A stretch of DNA of 64,000 bases, from positions 9,672,001-9,736,000 of the forward strand of contig NC_047072.1 of the NCBI RefSeq assembly GCF_902459465.1, given 5' to 3'. The translations under genes were made by a program, and so were the position numbers. Below, in pieces: positions 24,701 through 36,600 of the stretch (positions within the stretch are counted from its first letter, which is position 1; every line of letters starts with the position of its first letter). This DNA is from Asterias rubens (taxonomy: Eukaryota). The notes beneath the pieces were generated by a model. The model was not told the origin of the DNA and did no database searches. It saw only the letters and a program-made list of their open reading frames with translations.

Positions 24701-26905
24701 GCTTGCTGGAGCTTCTTGCTCTTCTCCTCCAGCTGATTCCGCATCCGCTGGAATAAGAGATTGAGGGCGGGGTCCAGGAGAGCTGAGCGGAGCTGGGAAG
24801 CTCCGGGGGTGTTCCCTTTGGTGAGCTCGCCGAGTTGGTTCTAGACATCGGAGAGAAAAAAATAACTGTCTTAGACAACATAGGTTATAGGGTTGGTACA
24901 CCATTTTTAAAGATTTGTGTAAATTACCACCCCCCCCACACTGTATCTTGATAGTTAAAAACCTCAGCTGAAATTCCAAGACTATTCAAATATATTGACA
25001 TCTCAAATTTGAAATATTGTGGTGTTCTCTCCATAATTTCCAAGAGAATCATTGGTATAAAAAAACAAACCAACAAAAAAACACCAGTGATCAACACAAG
25101 TAAAACAAGTGATCACAAGAATTGAACTTACAGCGACTTCTTGGAGGTCTTGCTCTTTCCTAGTGAGCTGCATCAGGAGAACCTTCTCCTTCCTGTTGGC
25201 TTCAGCCTGTTGTTGCTTCAGACGCTCTTCAAGTTCATTCTGGGGGCCTTAATGACAAACACAAGCATTTAACTCTACCATCGGCTGATCAGTATTCTCT
25301 ATAATCGACCCCTTGCATACGACGTCACATTCAAACAGCGCCCTCAACGAGGTCAAAAGAAAGAGCCATCTTTGGCTGAGAGATGAGCGTGGCGTGAATG
25401 GTTCCATTGTTTGACCCCAGCGATAACGGTCTTTTGCAAGGGGTCTATTGGCACTACAGAATGCCAGCCTGCATATTTAATAATGTGATGACCACACTTA
25501 AGTAGTACATAATTATTTCTGTGTAGTCAACCCATCACTCAATCAACATCATCAGTTGATGATTCTAAATGCTTTCTTGATGTACCATAAATTCCTAATG
25601 GTGTCAATTGACTTCAGAGTCCCAAACATCGGGTATTAAATGAATTTTGCGATAGCCTTTTGGGCAGCAATACCATAAAACTTTACAACACACTTAAAGG
25701 CAGTGGACACTACTGGTAATTACTCACAATAATTATTAGCATAAAACCTTTCTTGGTTACAAGTAATGGGGAGAGGTTGATGGTATAAAACATTGTGAGA
25801 AACGGCTCCCTCTGAAGTGCCATAGTTTTCGAGAAAGAAGTCATTTTCCACGAATTTGATTTCGAGACCTAAGATTTAGAACTTGAGGTCGCGAAATCAA
25901 CCATCTAAACGCACACAACTTCGTGTGACAAGGGTGTTTTTTTCTTTCATTATTATCTCGCAAGTTCGATGACCGATTCAGCTCAAATTTTCACAGGTTT
26001 GTTATGTTATTGCATATGTTGAGATACACCAACTGTTGAAGGCTAGTCTTTGACAATTACCAATAGTGTCCACTGCCTTTAAACAATGGACAACACAGTT
26101 TTAATTAGTTATGAAACAATTCGAGATGCATTGTGCATCTGTTTCTACAGCACCATTTCGTTTAACCCCCCATCACAAAAAGGTTTGAGTGATGAGAACT
26201 ACATGTATGCAAATGCGCATCTTACCACTTGTGCAATTTCCATCCAGTTTGCTCAACAAGGACGCAATGTAGGATTCTTGTTTCTTGTTCTCAGCGATCA
26301 ATTGCTCCCTCGACGCCTCCAGCAATCCGTCCCCACCAAGACGCATCTGCAATGATTTAATTTTGATAAAAAAAAAAAAAAAAGGTCAGATTCAAGGATG
26401 ATGACTTACTGGCAGGCTTACCGTCCTCTTCACCAAATAATTTTTTGCCAAAATTCCATAAAGCTGCATTTGAGCATAAAAAGCAGCCAAGCACACCAAT
26501 ATAAACACTTAGAATCTGGTTTAGAATTTAGAATTAAACCTAAACCAGAATCAAGCTACTCAGACAAAATACCATTTCACGTTATTTGATTGTTATCAGT
26601 GAGCAGTGTGTATTGAAATTTAAAAATTCAAGTTGAGTTAAAAATACAACAATTATCATGACTGACTTACAAAAAAATGTATTGGACATGAATAGTTGTA
26701 CAGAGTTTTTCAGCTCTCCATTACCCCCTAAAAGGAATACAAAAAATTACATTGCTTTGCTGAGAAGTTTAAACAATTCTTTTAAAAGAGGAATAAATTT
26801 CATTTGATATAGATATTGAGGTATTTTAATACACAACAAATTTTAACCCCAAAACATGGACAAATTTATTCTTACCCGTTTGGCTGGAGGATCTTCTTCA
26901 GACAT
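21770..26905 (-). CDS. WTAP: WTAP / fl(2)d, m6A writer complex regulatory subunit, 6 coding exons, ~748 aa
   Basis: Exons 26905-26876 (MSEEDPPAKR), 26346-26226, 25247-25132, 24840-24662, 24023-23869, 23415-21770; GT-AG, phases consistent, 2247 nt. Diagnostic conserved segment AWKFTPDSQTGKRLMSKCRILIQENQELGKQ...AQLEAELALQKKYSEELKASQDELNEFVIQLDEEVEGMQSTI. Confidence 0.95.
24470..24625 (+). mobile_element. Dispersed repeat with minimal type I hammerhead ribozyme motif (Penelope-like terminal repeat fragment)
   Basis: CTGAAGA-C-GATCA(A)agcataCTGATC-GAAAC-GTT at 24485-24518. Family members at 47255-47412, 9052-9365 (interrupted), ~6360-6500, ~39850-39935, ~62960-63125(-). Confidence 0.7.
25694..26082 (+). 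mobile_element. ~390-bp TTAA-flanked MITE (Kolobok-type), most intact copy of the dominant family
   Basis: TTAA|AGGCAGTGGACAC...GTGTCCACTGCCT|TTAA with ~25-bp TIRs and no ORF; lies in WTAP intron 2. RR termini inside TTAA fit Kolobok rather than piggyBac. Confidence 0.85.
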
Positions 26906-28499
26906 TATTCTTCACCTATATTAAAAGAGAAGGGAAAACATGTACTACAAGAACTAAACTTAGTAAAGCGAGTGGTGAATACAGTATACCCCCTTTTCAC
27001 TCGTGGTTTGGTCCAGGGTTCAGTTCCTACCCATGGAGAATTTGGACTAGTCCAGGTCAGTGATTTGTGAACATTGCTGTTCCTAACAATCATGCACATT
27101 CTTTCCAACTAGGTTTATTGTTGTCTATGTTGGTCCAGTCAATTTGAACATTACTTTAGAATTCTCTTTTGTTACAACCCAAAGCTTGTTCATTCAGACA
27201 TTCAGCCCAGTCGTACTAACTAGCTTGACAATAGTTTAGACCTTTGCAATGAAATTCCACTAGTTCTTTGTTTCACAGGCCTGTCCAAGGATTGGTGGGC
27301 TGACATGGTGAGTTGGTTATGTTGGGTGTGGCAAAGGCTACTATGATGTGGGTTTTGTGTGGAGGGCTGGCCACTTGTGGTTTGGTGAGCGTGCCGTGAA
27401 TGGATGGTATTTGTGCTCCACATGGCCAGAAGCAAACAAGAGTAAGTGCACTTAAAATCATTTGAGGTCTTTTTAGGCAATATTTTAAACTGCAAAGTGT
27501 AATTTTGTACTACCACCACTGTTTCTGTACTTGACTCACAAGCTCATTTAAAAAAAAATTATTTCTTCATTCTATTGATCGTTTCCACCTGTAAATTTAG
27601 TATTTTTTCCAGATTGTTCAAGGACCTTTGATTAGAAGTGAAATCGTTTCATTTTGATAATTCTTTTTTGAACAGTTCCAATGATGAAACCGCATGAAAA
27701 GTCGTACCACCTCGCACAACTCTGGACCAATCATAAACATGATAAACTGATGTTAAAAAGAGGGAAATAAGAGCCCACCAAGGCAGACTAAGTCACATGT
27801 TAGCTAGGACTCGAAGGTGGTGTGTCTTGGGTGTCTTTTCCCGTTTTAAATTTGGACACCCTGTTTTATCTGTCATTTCCCATGTTGTAAACTTAATTAA
27901 CATTGTGTGAGAGAACAATTTGGACACCCAGTTTTCAAATTTCCAGCAAATTTTGTTTGATGGCCCCTCAATCAACCAAATCCTGGCTATAAAAGTAAAA
28001 CCTTGATCCATTTTAATCCAATGACTTTTCAGCACGCGCACACAAAATCACATGTTGATGTCAAATCTTTGTTATTATTATTTAAAACAACTCTAAGAAG
28101 TACATGTAGCTCAAACTACGTGCACTTCTTTTTGCTAACCAAACCAGCGTTTTTTTGCAATTATTATGATTATTTTAACTTATAGGCTTGCATGAAAAGT
28201 GCCTCACAGATAAATAGGTAAACAGCTCTACTTTAGCATTTACAAACTGGGCCCAGCTAAATGAGAGGAATAGATTTTAGGAAATTGAATCACTCAGCTC
28301 AGCTCAGCTGAGAGTTGGTTGGGTCGGGATTCCATTTTCCAGACTATTCACTTCCAGAATCCATTTCATAAACAAACAATTCATCATCATGTTCATTGAA
28401 CATACAACAAAAAGTGATACAGTATTTATTGATCATGTATAAAATAGATGGCTGATCAACGACACACGGTCAACTATGCGATTACAATTTTAGCAAGCC

Positions 28500-28930
28500 A
28501 TTCAGCGCGAACAACAGCACTGCGGATATGGCGGAATACCACCATTTTAATTAAAATGGCCGCCAATTGTATTTTACCGTGGAATTTTCTGCGCACAAAG
28601 TGAATCACGTTAAATTATTGCCTCAATTTACAGATGCAATCTCGTAGAGTAGCATTCAATTTCTCACCCCTGTAACGCCCTGTTTCCCTTAAATGAAAAT
28701 CTCGTACCTTTTCTTGCACCTCGGTACCTAGAAAATGCGCAAATAAGTGATTATCTACGGATCTTTTCGTTGTCCATGGCTGCAGAGTAACATGTGCACT
28801 ACTTATATTAAGGTGAAAAATTGTTTACTCCAATAATTCACACAGTATTAAATGATGACGCCCTGAATTTAATTGCCGCGAGAGGGCGGACTACTCGAGG
28901 TCGTCGAACGCTGTTTAAACTAGTCTTGGT
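28500..28930 (-). promoter_or_regulatory. Putative WTAP promoter / non-coding first exon
   Basis: CpG-enriched; minus-strand donor AAG|GTACGA at 28708/28707; YY1-like AAAATGGCCGCC at 28553-28564. Confidence 0.45.
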
Positions 28931-30160
28931 TCAATACGTTACATGGAACAGAACGTGAATTATACTTCCCCCAAGTAGGTCTATTATAATTGATTACATC
29001 ATGGAGGCTTAGCACTAGCTATGATTACGTGATATTATTGTTATTGACCCGGAAGACTTCAATGTTTTCCTCTGAATCAAGTTTATCTCAGGTAACCGAA
29101 CGAAGTTGCAAAACCGATAAGAGCATATCAAATTTTTTGATTAAATTTTGAGAAAATAACTAGGTTGCAAAACCCTACTTCTCAACCAACATGTAACAAA
29201 ACCGCTGAAGGCCTAAACTTTTGTCTTATATTATCTTGTCTTGTTGAGCTATTAGCTTCATTTATTAAAATAACAATCACAAAACAACCGAAAAACAACA
29301 ACAACAACAACAACTTCAACAAAACATCCACATGTGATTTTTGTATGACTAGAAATCGATAAGAAACATAGAAATAAAATAAATCAAAGGCCAAATAGGC
29401 TATTAATTTACATTTAGCGTGACATATCACGATATTTGTTCCAATATTTTTTTTTAATTGATACTCCGTTTATTTAACACTCAAACACAAAACAACACTT
29501 GAATGGAATTCCCAACAGATAAATCCCAGAACAAGAAACTACCCCAAAAACATGATGGGAGGAAACTTTTTGTTAAATTTATTGATTTATTTCTGAACTT
29601 AATAATACTTTAACACAATGAAAAAAATGTACGCGTTTATTTTTTGAACTCACCCTCCCTTTTTCCGACTAAGGCATACTAACTGATCTATAATGAGTGG
29701 CACGGTCGGAACATGCACATGAATCCCATTAATGATTATTTTTGTTTGTTTAAACTTTGTTGTTCACAGACACTGCTGACCTTTAGCTGGAACTGGTACA
29801 AAGAACACTCCAAAAAATACTTAGTAAAAACAACACTAATAACTATTCATTATTTTTATGAGACATTTGATATAAGTTAGTCAAAATCATGTTTCAAAAT
29901 TAGTGCTGTTTTGTTTTGTTTTGACTAATAATAATCCCAGGTAAAATCCAAACTAACATACGCTTTAGTAAATAATGGCTAAAAAAGAAGAAAAAAAAAT
30001 AGGCATATAGGGTCCTACTTACAAAACCATCTCATCCGTGAAGGGCCTACTTGGGCTTCTTTTTGGATGGCAGATTTCTTGTATATCTGTTGCCAGCTAG
30101 GTTAAACCTGATTATGTTACGTAAGACCATTGGAGGAAGAACGACCAAAGAATTAAATTG

Positions 30161-30370
30161 TAAGGGCCTTGTCACACGAGGCAACGTTTGCAGGCAACTT
30201 CGAGGCAACCAGCTGCAGAGCACATAATTTTATACTACACGATCACTTTGGTAGCACACGAGTCCATTTTAAAACATTGTCTTACGATCCACAGAAGAAC
30301 AATGCCTTTTCTTCTTGGAGATTGCCTGGAACTGGTTGCCCGTAAATTGCCTCGTGTGGCATGGCCCTTA
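30161..30370. mobile_element. MITE with TIR AAGGGCCTTGTCACACGAGGCAA
   Basis: Inverted termini ...TTGCCTCGTGTGGCATGGCCCTTA; TAA/TTA flanks are Harbinger-like. Confidence 0.7.
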
Positions 30371-31842
30371 GATTTAAAATGAAAGCAACTAATACACACT
30401 GTAGTGAAATAATTGTAGAGCCTGACTCAGAGGCATGGCATTATATCAGGGGAATTCCCTTCTTTGTGTTGAGCAATGCGCGCCTCTTTCATAACCGCCG
30501 ACTCGCCACTCTGATCACAGCAGAACATTGTCATCTCAGTCAGCGCCGAGTCCGGTCCACCTCAGCCTAAATTTTCGGGGAAGGTGAGAATTTCCTTTTC
30601 TTTTTTTATTCTATACCTTCGTCAGCATTTTATTCTGTCCCTGTTTCAACAGAGTGCTAAACTTCACGCAATCCATGTTGGTTAGCACCAAGCGATTGTC
30701 TGATGTATATAATTTCCAATCAGAAATTCAACCTTGCAATTGTGACGAAACAAATTAATAAACTTGGCAACCACACTTGGCTTTTTTACAAAATAATTTG
30801 CTATTGCCGACTGAAAACAATAAATGCATACACGGATGGAAGTGGTTGCCCCAGAAGCAAACAAGGTTGACAGTTGGTTTATGAGGACACATTTTGGTTA
30901 AATGGGATACAATTATTATTGCTCGGTAAATTGAAGGTCAACCAACATTTTGTCAGTTCACTTAACAAAGGAGTAAACCATATCATGCCTTTTATATTTC
31001 TTTTTTCTTTTATTCATTTGTATCATTATACATTTCTGTTAATTTTATTAGTACCGTGAACTTGAGGCAATATAATAAGGTTTAATAGTGTTTATTAACA
31101 ATTTCACAAAAATGATTTATTTTATACATCCCCCCCCCCCAAAAAAAAATAGTGTTTATTCGATTTACCTTTCTCTAACAAAGATTATCAAACTAGGAGA
31201 TAAAACGTCGTTGTGTTTAATCAGACCATTACACGACAAATTTTCTCAAAATCATGGCACATAAAGTTTTACATAAACATAGTTCACTGAACAAAATTAT
31301 ATCGTTTGTTCAATTATTCTTTCTCTTTCGAATATTATACAAGACTACACGTCATTGTATTTTAGAACATTCATGAGGGGCCTACAAGAAGAAAACAAAA
31401 TTCTCAATCATGGCATGACACAATTCTACCAAAATAATAGTTCACTGAACAAAATTATATTGTTTGTTCAATTATTCCTTCTCTATTCAAGATTATACAA
31501 ACCGGGTGACTCAAACGTCATTGTAACTAGAGCAGTGCAAGAACTGCAAGAGTCGTGGGTTCGAATCCCACCCGAGTAACATGCCCGTGATATTTTTTTC
31601 ACAGGACTCGGGAAAGTACTGAGTACACAGTGCTAACACACATCTGTGTATGGGTAAAAACCAAAATTAATATTCTTTATCCCCGATGCAAATTTAACAT
31701 CTATTATAACAAATGGGGTGTTTTTGTACAAAAATATATTCATATTAGTATTTATAATATTATCGCCAAAGTATAAAACACTAAGAAACTTGTAATGGAC
31801 AGTTGATGGGAATGAGTGAATTGGAAGACAATTTTATTGAAC

Positions 31843-32193
31843 TTAAAGCCATTGCACAACACCGGTAAACAGTATTATCCAAGGCCAACACTTCTCATTT
31901 CACAACTTATATATATAATATAACAAACCTGTCATCAGAGTCGGGAGAAAATGACGGGAAAACCCACCATTTGTTTCCGCACGTTTCATAACATATTTTA
32001 AAAATAAATCCGTAATTCTCGATTTCGAGAATTAATATTGTTTTACTGTTTTTCTCAAAAATTAAAGCATTTCATGGAGTAATGTTTCAAGAGAAGTCTT
32101 TCACCACTACCTTCTGTAAACCCTGTAAGTTATTTGTAAATTTGTGAACTTGTTTTTTCTTCTTTCTGTACCGAAAGGGTCCAATGGCTTTAA
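31843..32193. mobile_element. Second TTAA-flanked MITE family
   Basis: TTAAAGCCATTGCAC...GGTCCAATGGCTTTAA inverted termini. Confidence 0.7.
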
Positions 32194-32639
32194 AAGGAGG
32201 AATACCAACTGGTATGCCACCAATTTTACACGTATCTACTCTAAAGTGTACCATGTTGTAAAGTTCATTGCTCCTTTTGTGACAACCTCACAACCTCAAA
32301 AGTAGAACACCTTTTTTTATGTTTAAAACTAAACATATGAACACTACAAATTCATTACAATTGGTCTATTATTTTGTATTTCTCTAGTAGATATGCTCAA
32401 GATTTCATTAATTTGTATTACGCCTGTTGAGATTTACATTACAATATCTTAAAACTGTTAACTCAAGGCATTTAGGGTGATTTACTCCAGAAGTTAATTA
32501 CCATAAAACTTACTTGGTAAAAAAGGGCAAAGGAGAGATATTGACATTATAAAACATTATTACAATCCAGAGAAAGAGGTGTAGTTTTTCACTTATAAAT
32601 TTTCAAGTTGATGAAAGGCCAGTATATCATGTCTTTCAA

Positions 32640-33640
32640 TGGCGTAAGAGTGCCATACCACACTCTAAGCTAATGAGAGGTGTAATGGCAAATATTTTAA
32701 TGTCCCCGAGGAATTCGAGGGGATATACATTACCTCAATGCATAGAGCAAGGAACAGAATGTAAGTGGATGACAGTTGAAAGTCTCTCACATTTTATTAC
32801 CCTCTTACTTTTCTTTATGGATAAGAGTACCATACCTCACTCTTATAGTTGATGAGAATCGGCAAAAATGTGCTATCATCCTCTAACGCCTTACGAGATG
32901 TTCAAGTGCTTTAACAGCACTGTATTATGTTGATGAGTGACGAAGTGTCTGATGTTCGATCATCCTGAGATGTTTTTAAAGGGATAGATTGCTGTACCTC
33001 AATCTTTGGTGATGTCAGGTAAAGTGGCAAGTGTTTTATCATCATCCTCCGACGTCTTTTGAGGGGTTCGAGTGCTATATAAACCTCACTCCAAGGTGAT
33101 GAGAGTTTAAGCGCCTGATGTTCTTTCATTGTGAGATGTCTCTAAAGGGTTAGAGTGCTGTTCTTCTCTCTCAGATGACTCAATGTCAAGTAGCCAGTGT
33201 TTTATTATCCTGTGGTCACTCTGGTGTCTTTCAAGGGGTTTAAGTGCTATATACCTCACTCTAAGTTGACGAGAGTTAAAGTGCCTAATGCTCTATCACT
33301 TTGAGGGTTAGAGTGCCATACCCCACTCTAAGATGATTCAAGGTCAAGCAGCAAGTGTTTTATCAACCTCTGGTGTCTTTCAAGGGGCTCAAGTACTAAG
33401 GCTTGAGCTTCCACATGGCGCTCGACTTGACGAAGTACTATACTTACTGCAAGTTGATGAGAGGCAAAGTGTCTGAGATTCTAATATTTTCAGATGTCTC
33501 TAAAGGGTTAGAGTGCTATTCCTAAGTCTTAGATGAGTGTTTTAATATTCTCTGGTGTCTTTCGACGGGTTCAGGTGCTATATACCTCACTCTAAGTTAA
33601 TAAGAGGTGAGGTGTCTGAGGTTCTAGTATCTTCATCGGG
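32640..33640. repeat. Decayed tandem repeats overlapping the CNNM-like stop codon
   Basis: The motif (TA/CA)TACCTCACTCTAAG.T.ATGAGAG recurs at ~32654, 32831, 33079, 33249, 33317, 33439, 33581. Confidence 0.75.
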
Positions 33641-36600
33641 TTTAGAATTGACAGACCCATACTGACTTCCTGGCCGACTGTTAATCTCTCCTATGGTGAA
33701 TATGGGTCCACTTCTAACCCGTGGGCTTCTTGTGGGCTCCTGGGATGGGGATCTTTTGCGAGTTACCTTTAAAAGAAAAAAAGAAAGATGTATACAATAA
33801 TTTAATCAGAAAGAGAACAGGACCCAATTTCATAGCTCTGCTCACCCCTGAATTCTGCGCTTACGATCACGATTCCCCGCTTAAGTGCAAGCGCCAAATT
33901 TCTGCGCTAGCCTTGTAAGCATCTGTCATTCACAACCATGTGTGGATGAGACTGAACTATAAAATAGTATGCAGGTTGAAGGGCACTATTTGTAATTACT
34001 CAAAAAAATTATTAGCCTAAAACCTTATTTGGTAACGAGTAATGGGGAGCTGTTGATAGTATAAAACATTGTGAGAAACGGCTACCTCTTAAGTAAAGTA
34101 GTTTGCGAGAAAGAAGTAATGTTCCACGAATTTGATTGCGAGACCTCAGATTTAGAATTTGAGGTCTCGAAATCAAGCATCTGAAAGCACCGTACAACTT
34201 CTTGTGACAAGGGTGTTTTTTCTTTCATTATTATCTCGCAACTTCGATGACCAATTGAGCTCAAATTTTCACAGGTTTGGTATTTTATGCATTTATGTTG
34301 AGATACAGCAAGTGAGAAGACTGGTCTTTGACAATGTTACCAATAGTGTCCAGTGTCTTTAAGCACAACAAAATAGCAGAACAAGTTAAACTGTCAAACG
34401 GAAACAATCTACCTACCCCTGCTTCTATCTGTCCTAAGTCTTGATGGACAGACAGTTGGCGAGCCAACTTTGCCCGAGCTACTCGCACTCGGCGGTGAAC
34501 ATCTACGAACTCGTCTGTCTCATCCACAATCTCTTCTTGGAGGAGCTCCTCTATGATGTCTTCTAGAGTGATGATGCCAATTATCGCCTGCAGAGAAACA
34601 ATCAGTATTAAAGGATACTTTCAGTTAATAATAATAACCTGGCATTTATAGAGCGCTTGTTGAAGAGGTTCAAAAGTACTAGGATGAAGAAAAAAAATGA
34701 AGAAACAAAATTGCCCAAAATAAAAATTACTTTCAAATATGCTTTCATCTCTATCATCTATTTCCACTCGACTGTTTTTGTTACACCAGTTTAACTGTTT
34801 ATGTTTGTAGTGTTGTCATTTTAGCCTTTGAGAAAGACTCAGCTAAGGTAAAAAAAACTTGCAATTATACCATACATTTAGGTCATTACCTGGGATGAAT
34901 TCCTAAGATACCCAGAACACAATGAAGGCACAATAGGACGTGGGGGGGGGGGGGTCGGATTACACAATACATGTACCAACAAAACATGAAGCACCTAATG
35001 GTACTATGTAGATTGGGTAGAATGAATGCAGAAAAGCATTATATAAAAAAAAGAAATTGTAAAAGGATCTTTCAGTGTCTTTACCCGTAAGAAAACATTA
35101 CATACATGAACAATTGCTCATAGGGAAATCCCTATCATTATTGTTTGGTGTTTAGGTTGTACTTTCAGTTTGAATCAGTGTCATTTGCCTTTAAAGGCAA
35201 AGTATACCCTTAATTTTTGGAGCAGTTTGATTGTTTCAATCGTATATTGAAGATGAAGATGTATACAACAAAATATACCGTACATATTTTACCAAAGGGA
35301 TGAGAAACATCTTAAAGGTTTTATACACGCTTGGTAGAGCTGACAAAATGGTCACAGACATTGTCCATGTTTTGTGTGATCAACCATTTCTACGTGAAAT
35401 AAAAAGACCGCTGAAATATGGTCTGAATCCATTTTGTGAGTTGGGAGAAAATAGTGAAAATCCATATACAAATTCAGCATTTAGACTTGTTGTCCTTTAC
35501 TTTGGTTGTAACATCCGAGAAAAAGAAAAAAAAAAAGGTCCAGTTTTCTTGAAGTATGACTTCTTGAATATGACTTTTTTTCAAAAGGAAATTATTTCAC
35601 ACATGAAATGTTCTAGAATGAAATTTATAATCAGTAAGCTTTCAGAGTAAAATTGAACAATGACGTTTTTTTTATCCATATCACCACCTTTAACTAGCCT
35701 GTAGGACTACTATGTATGCGGCATTGATCGTCGAAAGAATGTGTTTGAGTACATACATTACAAAGACCTGAATAGCACCACTATTCAAGTGCATTCAGTC
35801 TAGCTATTTTGCAATACTCTGGACTTTCCCCCGTCAGAAATAATATGTACTGTCACATTTTATATACTATTTTTATCTTTATGTATTTTTTTTTAATGAG
35901 AAAGTACCTCAGAGCTCAGGGTGAACTGCAATAATTTCACTAGCCTCCTCATTGTCAAGACATTTGCAGCCAAGGGAAGGCAGAACACAACAGATTGCCG
36001 TTGACATTGCTTAAAAATCCCTCCTACCTTCCGCAGTTTTGCCATTGAGTAAAATAAACTTTTTTGTAATTAAACCAGTCGACAGCAGGGTTTCTCTGTA
36101 CTGTGATGCAATGGTCTGCAGAGGTTTTTTTCATCAGATGATGTTACATTGAAGGCTGATTATAATGTGGATCTATCAAACATTCTTCAAACTAGTTGGA
36201 TTATATTGACTGTTCATATTTCACGACAGCATTGGTTCATACATGTACAGTGACAAACAAGCAGCTCAGCAGAACAAGAGACTTTACCAGATTTAGTGCT
36301 GACTAGTATTCAAAGAAGATTCAACAAGACGATTGAAATATCTTTACTTGCCCTGCCTTGTGTCGACACAGCACTGTCAACATCTTCTCCGTCTGGTGAA
36401 CTCTGACCCGAGGGGTTCATCATTGACGAGGACACCGCGGCCATGTGACACTTGCCGGTCTGCATCTCATTGAGTAGATCGTAGAGGGGCATACGGCTGG
36501 GCACAGCAGGGAGGCTACGGCCATGCTTCTTGAAGATCTCCTCCACGGTGAGCGTGATGTTTGGGTCCAGCTGGAGTAGCGTCTTGACTAGTAGGATACC

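Noticed and set aside
34285-34416. Read-through C-terminus of the CNNM-like ORF (VGRLFPF...NINA*)
   Set aside because: It runs into a MITE; a good donor at 34416 and an in-phase terminal exon at 33766 explain the gene better.
35231-35650. 139-aa ORF in a CNNM-like intron
   Set aside because: Non-ATG start, lies inside a TTAA-flanked repeat, and has no recognisable domain.
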